NCBI GenBank assembly: GCA_963845065.1
Contig: CAWJQQ010000001.1
Coordinates: forward strand, 1,024,001-1,088,000
Length of the DNA stretch: 64,000 nt
DNA from: Nitrospirota bacterium
GTDB lineage: Bacteria > Nitrospirota > UBA9217
Reading direction: 5' to 3'
Numbering within the stretch: position 1 is the first letter of the stretch; each line of letters opens with the position of its first letter. A program made the translations under genes and the position numbers. Under the pieces are notes generated by a model. That model was not told the origin of the DNA and did no database searches. It saw nothing but the letters and a program-made list of their open reading frames with translations. Positions 28,340-40,637 of the stretch are shown here, one piece after another.

Positions 28340-29693
28340 ATGTTTAATAGAGATCTTTTCATTATTACGATAGCCGGCATTATGATGGTAGGCTTGGGTA
28401 GCTTTCTCATTATTTACGGAATAACAGGTGGTTTAATCAAAAATAAGATACTAATATAAACGCACTAAGTAATGTTACAAAGTCGCCTAATTTTGCACTT
28501 AGACCAAGAATCAATTGTCTTCTGGACCGTGGCCCAGATAGCATCGAGATTATCGAACAACCGGTTGGTGGTTGATTCATATCGAATTTGACGCCATATC
28601 CGCTCCTGCATGTTCAAAGCGGGCTGATAGGGCGGAAGGTACACGATCCGGAGTCTTTGGTGCTTTTTCAAAAACTCCCGGATCGCATCATCCCTATCCC
28701 AACGTATGCGGTCAACATACAGCCAGATAGTATAGCCACGAAGTCGGCTATAAAGGTGCTGCAACACCTTCAGGAAACCCTCTCGGTTTCCGCGTTCCGT
28801 CTGGATTGCTCCAGCATGGCCCAGAAGAGGAGCCACCCAGCCGGCGACATTCAGGCGCTTCTGATGCTGGCTCGTTGTCGGAACCTTAAGCCGCTTTCCG
28901 ATGAGTGCCCAACCCTGGCCCAGCCTTGGAGGCAGGGTAAAGCCGCATTCGTCCTGAAAAACAACAGTTTCTTTAGGTCCCAGCGTTTGGAGTTTTTTTT
29001 AGGCTCCTGGCAAACTTCTTCGCGTCGTCGGCGTTTGCTTGGAGATAGGTATGACCGGCACGCTTCAACCGATACCCAAGCTGATGCATAGAGTACTGGG
29101 CCTGACGGACTTTCAACTTTATCCCGAATTGCCGCTGTATATGGGTCGCCAGGGTTGGACCGTCCCATCGGACACGGTTTAGTCCATACTTCTGGGGCGA
29201 TTCCTCCAGATGGCGCTCAATCTGTGCAACAATCTTCGGCGTCATACGAGGGGGACGACCGGACTGTTTTTTCGGAACCAGGGCTTCGACCCCGTCCTTA
29301 TTTACGGCTCGCGTCCAGCGGTTCACATTCATCCGGGTCTGGCCTAGAACCTCGGAGATCCAACCTGGTCGCTGCCCCTCCAGCACCAAAAGGAGTGTGG
29401 CTATCTTTATTCCGATCCAGGCTCCAGGCACTTTCTCGGCCAGAGCCAGCAACTGCTCTTTGGATACGTTTTCAGGGGAGGTTTTCATACGCCCATCATA
29501 ACATAAGACTAGATTAATGTGTAACATTGTTTATTGCGTTTGCATAGTAAATAGTTGGACAAAATTATATGAAACAGGTAGACAAGCTATTGTGCGTGGG
29601 TGGTTCTATATTACGATAGGAATTGTCATTATTTTAATTTATGTAGTCGCTCTTGTTAGAACATTTAAGTCATTAAATGGGGTTGAAATATAA
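28340..29693 (+). pseudogene. Small membrane protein gene split by IS630
   Basis: Removing the IS and one TA joins MFNRDLFII...LIKNKI to NSWTKLYETG...NGVEI* in frame. Confidence 0.7.
28451..29547 (-). mobile_element. IS630 family element
   Basis: TA duplication, imperfect ~28-bp IRs; HTH ORF (~28973-29488) and DDE ORF (28465-~29000; FQDE, YLPPYQPALN..ERIW) joined at an A8 run. Confidence 0.88.
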
Positions 29694-29788
29694 TAATAAC
29701 GATGTTGTGGTTTTCAACCGGAATTTGTTAACAGACTATCCCCGAACGCACGTAACATGAATCAGACGAATATTTACAAGCAGAGAAA

Positions 29789-30082
29789 ATGAATCTCAGA
29801 AAAAATCAAATGGGATATATGTATGAGGTTCCGCTTATAGTCGCGGCAGTAGCAATTTTCTTAATTACGATATTGCCCAAAATGTTGAAATACGCAGTAT
29901 TCGGGAAAATGAGTTTGGTCACCGGTGCATTAATTATTACGGCGGGATTGTATTACATGATTGTTATCCCTGGATGGCAACCGTCTAAGACGAAACGTTT
30001 GCGATGGCCTTATAATATTATCGTTTTCGCCATCATTGCATTTACTATTGCATTTGCAGTTATCGCAGTGCTCATTAAATAG
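29789..30082 (+). CDS. Small hypothetical membrane protein
   Basis: 97 aa with three hydrophobic segments. Confidence 0.6.
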   Translation: MNLRKNQMGYMYEVPLIVAAVAIFLITILPKMLKYAVFGKMSLVTGALIITAGLYYMIVIPGWQPSKTKRLRWPYNIIVFAIIAFTIAFAVIAVLIK

Positions 30083-30583
30083 CATCAGGAATATGCTATA
30101 TTCCGTATGAATTCGAGGATTTATGCTGAGAAATATTGTCTCGAGAACATCCTGTATCTGTGGAATTTCTCTTTTTTGCAATGATGTAATTTCCAACTCA
30201 GACTCTCTCATCACTATCGACCCACTTTTCACCATACGACATCCCCCGTGCGACACTCCCATCCCGTTATTTTCTAAAATCAGACATTTTTACTTTGGTA
30301 AGACATACCAATTCGATGTTGTTGACAGGCCGGTAAATCAGGCATATATTCTTGACATAATCTCGCATTAATAAATCAACCTTCTAAGAGGAATACCTAT
30401 CAATTCATGCATTTTGAATCGCATCAGGACGAAACGGATAAGACCCTGCTAGCGGAGAATAGTAAGATAACTAAGAAGATAACTTCGACTGTCATTATGT
30501 TTATAGTTGAATTCAGTTTGGCGACTTGTGCTGGAATTCGGAATTAGTTGTAACGCTTATTCCTGATTGGCTATAATTAGCTC

Positions 30584-31357
30584 ATGACGATCTTCTTTCT
30601 GAAATCTTTATTGTCCCTACTACTGTTCGTCAGTGCTGCGGCGGCCGTTTACTCCATGTTCGAGGCCCTCGGCCGGAGCACGCCCGCCCACTCCATCGAG
30701 CGCCTCAAGCATATCCACAAAGCCAGCGGCTACCTATATGTAGCGCTCTTCGTCCTCATCTCCTATCTCTGCATCGGCTACGCCGCAGCGTCGAGGGCCG
30801 ACCCATCGCCCCGGGCGGCGCTCCATATCGTTCTCGCCCTTTTCCTTGCCGCACTTTTCCTTCTGAAGGTGCTTTACGTCCGGATCTTCCGCCAGTTCTA
30901 CGCCCAGGCCAGGACCATCGGTATCATCATGGGTGTTCTGAGTTTCGTGCTCGTCGGGCTCACGGGAGGCTTCTATCTCGTCGTGAGCCGCTTCGGCCAG
31001 GACCTAACCGTTGACAAAAGTGTGTATTACGCGTTGAAGGGGCCGCTCCTCACCGTGAAAGAGGTCGAGCCTCCGGGGCTCATGGCAATTAGGACGGACC
31101 GTTTGAGCATCGAGCGGGGCAGGACCTTGTTCGCGTCCAAGTGCGCCATCTGTCACGATCCGGACAGCACCAGGACGATTGTCGGACCGGGGCTTAAGGG
31201 CCTACTTAGGAAACCCGCGCTGCCAATCAGCGGGCACCCCGCGACGGCCGAAAGCATCCGCTTCCAGCTCAAGCAACCCATGGGCCGCATGCCGTCCTTT
31301 GCCTATTTGTCTGATGAAGAGATGGAAGACCTTATCGCCTATCTCAATACATTGTAA
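30584..31357 (+). CDS. Membrane-anchored c-type cytochrome
   Basis: Four TM helices followed by CAICH and distal Met (RMPSF). Confidence 0.85.
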   Translation: MTIFFLKSLLSLLLFVSAAAAVYSMFEALGRSTPAHSIERLKHIHKASGYLYVALFVLISYLCIGYAAASRADPSPRAALHIVLALFLAALFLLKVLYVRIFRQFYAQARTIGIIMGVLSFVLVGLTGGFYLVVSRFGQDLTVDKSVYYALKGPLLTVKEVEPPGLMAIRTDRLSIERGRTLFASKCAICHDPDSTRTIVGPGLKGLLRKPALPISGHPATAESIRFQLKQPMGRMPSFAYLSDEEMEDLIAYLNTL

Positions 31358-31614
31358 GGGATCGGTAATTCACATGGTCATCTCTGGAGAGTTAAGTCGC
31401 CTTTGGATTAAATATTATTTGTTGACAACGATGTCATTAAACAAGATTCAATCACGCTGGCTTCTCTTCTTTCATCAGGATCTCGGCGTGGCAATTCGCC
31501 CCGCGAAAATCGCTTGGGCAGAGAGCCAGGCAGTCAAGACGGACTCGCCCCTTGCGGGGCTGGCCGCTTACCGCCGGAATTAGCTAGATGGGCAGTGCAA
31601 CACTATCTTCATAG

Positions 31615-33852
<2,238 letters not shown>

Positions 33853-33904
33853 TCGTAGCATAAACGTCTTCGAGAGCTTTTGACAGGGTGGCTATGAAAC
33901 GATC

Positions 33905-33961
33905 AACTAACAAGAGGGTGCAGGCGACGTTTTACAGCGCGCCTGACCCTTGGCGTTACAA
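33905..33961 (+). repeat. Integron attC-like site
   Basis: AACTAACAAGAGGGTGCAGGCG...CGCCTGACCCTTGGCGTTAC imperfect palindrome with bulge. Confidence 0.6.
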
Positions 33962-34312
33962 TTATCATCCAGGATTCTGCATAGATATTTAGTCAACACG
34001 GACGCATGATCGTAGGTGTTGATCGGATCGACAAGGTCGGTGAAAAAGCGATGAATATTGTTTGAAGTTTACAGTCAAAAGTTCTTCCTAAACTTGCTAT
34101 TTGGAATAAACTAGATAAACGCAAGTTACATCTTGCATTAGGCAATGCTTGCCCCTGTTACATCAAAAGAAGAGATTCATTCAGTTAAAGACAAATGGAA
34201 TATAATTTCTAGACGCCCTAACACCGTGAAATAAGTAGATAGGTTGTTCTTCCTGTTCTTTTCAAACGTCACGACAAAGCTATGCTTCATGTATACAATA
34301 AAGGAGGATACT

Positions 34313-35239
34313 ATGAGCATCGCAATGTTTGTGCTGTCTGCGATGGCTGTCATTGTTATTGGAGTGGTCTGCTTTGTTTACGAGGCGCCTGAGATAGCCA
34401 CCAGCGTTCTCCGCAATGTTGATCGCCACCGATCCGGCCTAGTGCGAAAGGAAATCGATCTGTCTAACGGGCTTCACTACGTGTACCTGGAAGGCGGTAA
34501 GGGCGAGCCCTTGGTACTTCTACACGGCTTCGGCGGCAATAAAGATAACTTCTCGAAGGTGGCACGTTTTCTAACACCGCATTATCGTGTAATCATACCT
34601 GACCACATCGGTTTCGGTGAATCCTCGCATCCGCAAGAAGTGGACTACGCACCACCCGCTCAGGTAGAACGATTGCAGGCTTTTGCCCATGCCTTGGGTA
34701 TCGACCATCTGCATCTCGGCGGCAGCTCCATGGGCGGCCAAATCGCGATGACCTACGCGGCCCTTTACCCTGCTAAGGTCGTTAGTCTCTGGTTGCTCGA
34801 TCCGGGCGGCGTTTGGAGTGCGCCCAAGAGTGAACTTTTCAAGATTATTACAGAGACAGGGCGTAGTCCGCTGATGGTCAAAAATGAAGACGAGTTCGTG
34901 CAATTTATTAAATTTTTGTGGTCCAAACCGCCGTTCATTCCAAGGCCCATCTTAAATGTGATGGCGCAGGAGCGCATCAGAAATTATGATCTGATGAAGC
35001 GAATTGGCAAACAGATTATCTCTGATTCCGTGGAAAAAAGAGTCAACGGCCTACTTACCCCCGCGTTAATTGTCTGGGGCGATAAGGACCGCGTACTTAA
35101 CTTTGCATCTGCCGAAATTCTCAATAACCTCATGCCGCACTCGCATGTCATCATAATGCCGGATATTGGCCATGTACCAATGATGGAAAAGCCACAGCAG
35201 AGTGCTGAAGATTACCTGAGGTTTCGAGTGTCCTTATAG
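34313..35239 (+). CDS. Alpha/beta hydrolase (lipase-like)
   Basis: LLHGFGG, GSSMGG, WGDKD, GHVPM. Confidence 0.9.
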   Translation: MSIAMFVLSAMAVIVIGVVCFVYEAPEIATSVLRNVDRHRSGLVRKEIDLSNGLHYVYLEGGKGEPLVLLHGFGGNKDNFSKVARFLTPHYRVIIPDHIGFGESSHPQEVDYAPPAQVERLQAFAHALGIDHLHLGGSSMGGQIAMTYAALYPAKVVSLWLLDPGGVWSAPKSELFKIITETGRSPLMVKNEDEFVQFIKFLWSKPPFIPRPILNVMAQERIRNYDLMKRIGKQIISDSVEKRVNGLLTPALIVWGDKDRVLNFASAEILNNLMPHSHVIIMPDIGHVPMMEKPQQSAEDYLRFRVSL

Positions 35240-35818
35240 TCACGTGAGCCGGGCAGAGTTGAGAAAACTGACAATAAGAGCTAACCATTCGGGATGACCG
35301 ATTGAACCGCCCACCTGACCAGCTCACGTGCAATTTTTAACTAATTTTTCTACACCACCTATTTATCGGTCGCCGTTGCAGGCTAGATCGACGTAACTCT
35401 ACGCCGATGTTGACAGAACGAGTGGGTGGCTGTTAAATAAAATGCTCCGATTAGAGTAAAAGCAATATTATACACGAAGCACCCCAGGGTAGCTCTTGAC
35501 AAAACCCTATTCATGGGAGGTGGTAATGAGATAGACATTTTTTTTAAGGAGGTGTAGAATTACATTTAAAGCATGCAGTGCAGCATTCTTCCCGTATCAG
35601 TTGAAAGTTGCGGTTTTATGAAAATTCATGGTTCATCCCGCATTCGATAAGCGGCTCATCTATTAATAGGGTGGAGATAGAGCGCTATAAACTCGTGAGT
35701 CCCTACCCACAGCCTATGAGGCAGCTGCAGACGGTGGAGTACATCCCACTGCCCAAGTTTACCTTCGGCGGACTGTTTAGTCCTGAGATGGAATCCACTT
35801 CATTCATAAAATGTTTTT

Positions 35819-36427
35819 ATGTTAGAGCCTGTCATTCACTGGACAACGCACTGGATTAAGGTACATGGCTACGGCGTCATATTCGGACTCTATGCTGTAG
35901 GCATTATTGGCATTCCTTTGCCGAACGATTGGCTACTCGCCTATCTCGGTCATCTCATTTACAACGGCAAACTCCTTCTTATACCCACGGTTACGGCTGC
36001 GGTTCTCGGCTGCGTATGCGGTGCAACATTTAACTACGCACTAGGCAGAACCTTGGGACTCTACCTTGTCAAAAAATTCGGCGCTTTTGTTCGCCTGACC
36101 CCGGAAAAGATGGATAAGATGCATGAGTGGTTTGAACATTCAGGCAGGTGGGGGCTGTTGTTCGGTTACTTCCTGCCCGGTGTGCGGCATTTGACTGTAC
36201 TGGTCGCGGGAACGTCCAAGATGACTTTCTCTGAATTCGCCTTTTTTGGGTACGGAGGTGCATTTATTTGGTCGTGTACTTTTATATTCCTCGGCTACTT
36301 TTTTGAAGAAGAATGGTCCAAGCATACAAAAAATATCCATCATATTCTTGAGATCGTCTCGGTAGCAGCGATAGTTCTTATTGTGTTTTATCTGCTATGG
36401 AAGAAGAGAAAACAAAAGATTGTTTAA
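35819..36427 (+). CDS. DedA family membrane protein
   Basis: IGIPLPND, NYALGRTLG, FLPGVRH. Confidence 0.9.
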   Translation: MLEPVIHWTTHWIKVHGYGVIFGLYAVGIIGIPLPNDWLLAYLGHLIYNGKLLLIPTVTAAVLGCVCGATFNYALGRTLGLYLVKKFGAFVRLTPEKMDKMHEWFEHSGRWGLLFGYFLPGVRHLTVLVAGTSKMTFSEFAFFGYGGAFIWSCTFIFLGYFFEEEWSKHTKNIHHILEIVSVAAIVLIVFYLLWKKRKQKIV

Positions 36428-37301
36428 TTATTGCATTGATCGGAAAGCGCTCAAAAATCTATCTGAGGAAGAGCGGAAAAAGAAAGAGTCACGACTCATA
36501 TGACCGCGAAATAGTCGAGAAAGACTTCGTGCAAAATCTGAAGAAGACAGCGAAAGAAAATTTATGGATATAATCGTTTGATGCTGCCTATTAAAGAGAT
36601 GCTGAGTGCATCCCGAAGCACGCATATTTCCCGTGCTTAATGGATGTGTAGAAAAACAACCTGATTTTTTGCATAGAGCTTGTTCGTATGCATGGGAAAC
36701 CAAGCATATCGAATACTAGGAAGCTGTACCTCGATATCAGTTGTTCTTCACTAGTCATCACTTCTTGCCATCGTATCAGTTGCTTCATATTTATATTGTC
36801 TTTAAAAGTTAAAATAATCCGACGGCGGTGTATTTGTTCCAACGGGTTGTTGACCGACTTTGCTATGACGACCGGATACAGCTTTCCAATATTTTTAATT
36901 TACCAAACTATCCGCAGAAAGCCCCTGGTTTTAACCATGGGGATGAATGCGGGAATTTTGTTTTTCAGCAATTGCTGAACAAATGTATATCTATATGGTA
37001 TAGTTGAGCAATCAATGCCAGATAAACTTAAAACTCCTACATTTATCCACGAGTTTCAACTCGTAACAACCCCAAAAGACAATCGAATGCTTAATGTCCG
37101 ACTCGAAGCTGGTCGTTATCTATATAATGCCTGTCTTGGTGAAGCGATGAAACGTCTTGCCGCCATGCGTAGCTCTAAAAAATGGCGTTCAGCGATTAAG
37201 AAGAAAAAGAGCAGGCTACGCACTGATATGGTTGACAGTTGTCAAGAGGGAAAATAGTCTCCTGCCCCTTTTTTAAGGGTTCATAGTTTAAGTATAATTC
37301 C

Positions 37302-37487
37302 AGGGCATAAGGAGGGACGGGGCCGACTTGTGCGACGTTTGATCACTCTGATATTCGCGGGTTTGACCGCAAGACCTTTCTTCGTCGCGGAGCTGCCTCG
37401 CTCTAAAAGCGGAAGTTCGGCATTGCCTTATTCCATAGTGCGGACGAGGATTCTCCGTAAACGTGGCCGCGTCCCCGCTTATGCCTT
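37302..37487 (-). ncRNA. Putative bridge/seek RNA of IS110 copy B
   Basis: Two internal loops matching target (CGCACT / TTTTAG) and donor (GTCT / ATATCAG), enclosed by a long stem. Confidence 0.7.
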
Positions 37488-37723
37488 GGAGATTGTTTGA
37501 TGTTAGCTGGCGTCCTCCTTTGGTTTTTTACTTTAGTCGTTTTCGTTTCCGCTTCCGGGCGTCTTCAAATTTTCGATTCTGTTCTTTGAAAAATCTCGAT
37601 GCTCCCGTTTTTACCTTTGAGGATCGATTTATTCTTTCACAAATGCCCCAGGATTGATTTTCCAGAGGCGGTCCATACTGAGAGACCCCCTCAAGTTTTG
37701 TGTGACGCCTTGTTCTTTCATCT

Positions 37724-38836
37724 TTATGCGCTCTGAGGATTCACTTCCCGGGCAATTGCCCATATGAACCCGCACAATTCTCTGGCGATAGCTGTTACCA
37801 CCTTGTTTCTAGACTTCCCTTTGGCCGTAAGCTTACGGAATCGTCCGCAGAGCCGCACTTGGGCTTTCCAAGAGACGTCGAGAATGTTTTTCGGCAACCC
37901 CTCTTGTCGTTTGAGGAGCACTCGGCTGACTCGGGCTGGGAAACTGTAAGCTTGAGCCGCTTCGATTAACGCGCGTCTAACGTGAGTGTTTCCGGTTTTG
38001 GTGATGCCCCCTCGTCTGGTGCTGTCTCCGCTGGAGTACTCGGAGGGAACCAGCCCTAGATATCCCATAAGATGCTTGGGATTTTTAAAACGGCCCAAGT
38101 CTCCAATCTCAGCCATGGTGGTCGCAGCAGTTACATCCGCTACACCGCGTAGCGATTGGATTGCACGTACGACAGGGGCCGTTCGGCATGTTGGAATGAG
38201 CTTTTGAATCTGCTCCGTTAGCCGGGAAACACGCGCAGAGCATTCCTGCACAGTGTTGATGTACTCTTGCAGCGTGATCTGCTGAGCAGGGTGTGGCATC
38301 TTGATGTCCGACAGCCAGCGCATGTGGGCCTGGGTCCATGCGGTTTCCCCAGAGTATCGGTGTCCGTGCCGCAGAAGCATCGCGCCTAATCGCTGCCGAG
38401 CGGTGCGCTGGGCCTTGATTGCGTCTTCGCGGCCACGTGTCAGGTCTCGCATGGCTTCATCTTCTTCCTGGGGTACGTAAACAGGGGTCAGTTCTCCAGC
38501 CCGATACAGCCTTGCAAGACTTTGCGCGTCACGACGATCGGTTTTGACGCGATCGCCGCTTTTCTTGGGGATCAGCGAGGGTGCCACAACCGTGCATTTG
38601 TAACCTTTTTTGGTCAGATGGCGGTATATTTCATAACCGCATGGGCCGGCTTCATAGACAAAGTGCAGTTCCGTTCCTTTGCTTTCAAGCTTTCTAACCA
38701 TTTTGTCCAATGACGACATGTCACTGCCAATCTTACCGTAGTAGCGAACCTCTTGATTGTCGTCGGTGTCTGCTGTTGCCACTGCTATTGAGTTTTTTGC
38801 TGAATCGAGACCTACTATTGTGATAGAATTCTTCAT
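37724..38836 (-). CDS. IS110 family recombinase/transposase
   Basis: VGLD, YEAGPCG, KTDRRDA, YLGLVPSEYSSG. Confidence 0.94.
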   Translation of the reverse strand: MKNSITIVGLDSAKNSIAVATADTDDNQEVRYYGKIGSDMSSLDKMVRKLESKGTELHFVYEAGPCGYEIYRHLTKKGYKCTVVAPSLIPKKSGDRVKTDRRDAQSLARLYRAGELTPVYVPQEEDEAMRDLTRGREDAIKAQRTARQRLGAMLLRHGHRYSGETAWTQAHMRWLSDIKMPHPAQQITLQEYINTVQECSARVSRLTEQIQKLIPTCRTAPVVRAIQSLRGVADVTAATTMAEIGDLGRFKNPKHLMGYLGLVPSEYSSGDSTRRGGITKTGNTHVRRALIEAAQAYSFPARVSRVLLKRQEGLPKNILDVSWKAQVRLCGRFRKLTAKGKSRNKVVTAIARELCGFIWAIAREVNPQSA

Positions 38837-40532
38837 GACCTGTCTCCTTGTTTGTGGCTCTGTATTTGGATACCTATTCCATCCAAGTATAACCCACGGT
38901 GACAAGGGGCAGGTCACTTTTCCAACTGTCAACCATTATGTCTAAAATGTTCAAGACAGCCAGAAACATAGCTGAATATACCGAATACCATCTCCATGAT
39001 TATGTCGGGAGCCTCCGCAATTCGTGTTGGATCGGAGACCATATTGACAGCCTGGCCGCCCAAAAGATAGCGACCAGGGCGTTTGATGCCGTTGCTGACT
39101 ACGAGTTCGGCAAGCATGGGAAACCACGGTTCAAGCGTCGCGGCTGGATGTCTTCGCTCGAAGGCAAAAACAACAAGTCTGGTATTCGGTGGTGCGATGA
39201 CCATGTTGAATGGTCTGGACTTAGCCTTACCTGTGTCTTCGACAAAAAAGACAAGTTTGGCGTTCAGGCACATGCGCTTAGCCATGATGTTAAATATGTT
39301 CGTTTGGTGAAGAAAGCCATCTGCGGTAACGCCTGCTGGTTCGCCCAACTCGTGCTTAAAGGCACGGCCAGGATCAAGCGTGAAAATATGATCGGCACCG
39401 AAACGGTCGGCCTTGATATTGGTCCCTCCACGGGTGCTATCGTTAGCGATACCGATGCGTTGCTCGTAGCATTTTGTCCGGAAGTCGAGATTCCGTACAA
39501 ACAAATCCGCGTGGTTCAGCGTAAGATGGCCAGAAGCCTGAAGGCTGCCAACCCAGACAACTACAACGAAGACGGCACGGCTAAGACCGGTGCCGGCAAG
39601 GGTAAAAAGCGGTGGATATTCTCTGCTCAATACCGTGCGCTTAAGGCTGAACTAGCCGAGCTACAGCGAGTTTTGGCTGAAACCAGAAAACGGGCTCATG
39701 GCACGTTAGCCAATGAAATTCTTAAGCTCGGAACCAACATAAAGACCGAGAAACTGTCGTACAGAGCATTCCAGAAACTCTATGGTAAAAGTATTTCAAG
39801 ACGCGCTCCGGGGATGTTTATTTCGATGCTTCGCCGCAAAGCCGAAAACGCTGGCGGTAAAGTAACTGAATTTTCTACCCGGAGCACGAAGCTTTCAGAG
39901 ACATGCCACTGCGGGGAAGTAGCCAAAAAACCGCTATCCCAAAGATGGCATGACTGTAACTGCGGGGTAAACGCTCAACGCGATCTCTACTCCGCATATC
40001 TTGCAAAATATGTTTTTGAAAATGTCCTCGACACGCGCCAGGCTTTAGCAGCTTGGCCGGGTGCAAACCTGCTCCTGGAACGGGCGGTGTTGAGGGTGCA
40101 GTTTGAAGCGGCAAATGGTCGGATTCATCCGGCCAGCTTCGGTATTAACAACATGAGAGCCAACACCACGAACCGGAGACAGAGTTGCTTGCCCGTTAAA
40201 AACGGATCAACGATAGTCGATGCCGGCAACGTCTGTATTGTTGCCGAAAAGCCTGTCGGTATTGCCGTTAGAACCCCCTGTCTTTAGATATGGGGTAGGT
40301 CAGCTAAGCCGCATGATGTACGCTCGAATCACGATATTAACGCCATGCTAATATCAAAAAGAGCGGGCAGATGTGCTAACATTCTTTTGTGGTTGAGGGC
40401 AGCACGCAGTCTGTTGGTTAAGGTATAATCGTTTTTGTGTGAAAAGACACCACAAGGCTTGGACTAGCCATTTTTATCCTTGACAAACTCCCTGAAATTT
40501 CATAAAATTCGCTCTTGTTACGAAACAATAAT

Positions 40533-40607
40533 AGGCTCGTAGCTCAGGGGGAGAGCGCTACCTTGACACGGTAGAGGTCGGCGGTTCGATACCGCCCGGG
40601 CCTACCA
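40533..40607 (+). tRNA. tRNA-Val(GAC)
   Basis: AGGCTCG...CGGGCCT-ACCA, anticodon arm CTACC-TTGACAC-GGTAG. Confidence 0.96.
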
Positions 40608-40637
40608 TGCTTTAATTACAACTATGTTATTTAACTT

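Larger units (their letters stand above)
37225..38943 (-). mobile_element. IS110 family element, IS1111-like (copy B), intact
   Basis: Perfect 14-bp subterminal IR ATGGTTGACAGTTG (37228-37241) / CAACTGTCAACCAT (38923-38936); CT core at 37223-37224 and 38942-38943. Confidence 0.92.
37015..40287 (+). pseudogene. tnpB: TnpB RNA-guided endonuclease split by IS110 (37015-37224 + 38944-40287)
   Basis: Excision gives in-frame KKSRLRTKMFKTAR; RuvC GLDIG / KTEKL / QRDLYSA; zinc finger. Confidence 0.9.
36904..40303 (+). mobile_element. IS200/IS605 family TnpB-only element interrupted by IS110; ends approximate
   Basis: Left hairpin CCCCTGGTTTTAACCATGGGG (~36922-36942); right hairpin CCCCTGTCTTTAGATATGGGG then TAGGTCA. 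Confidence 0.82.
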
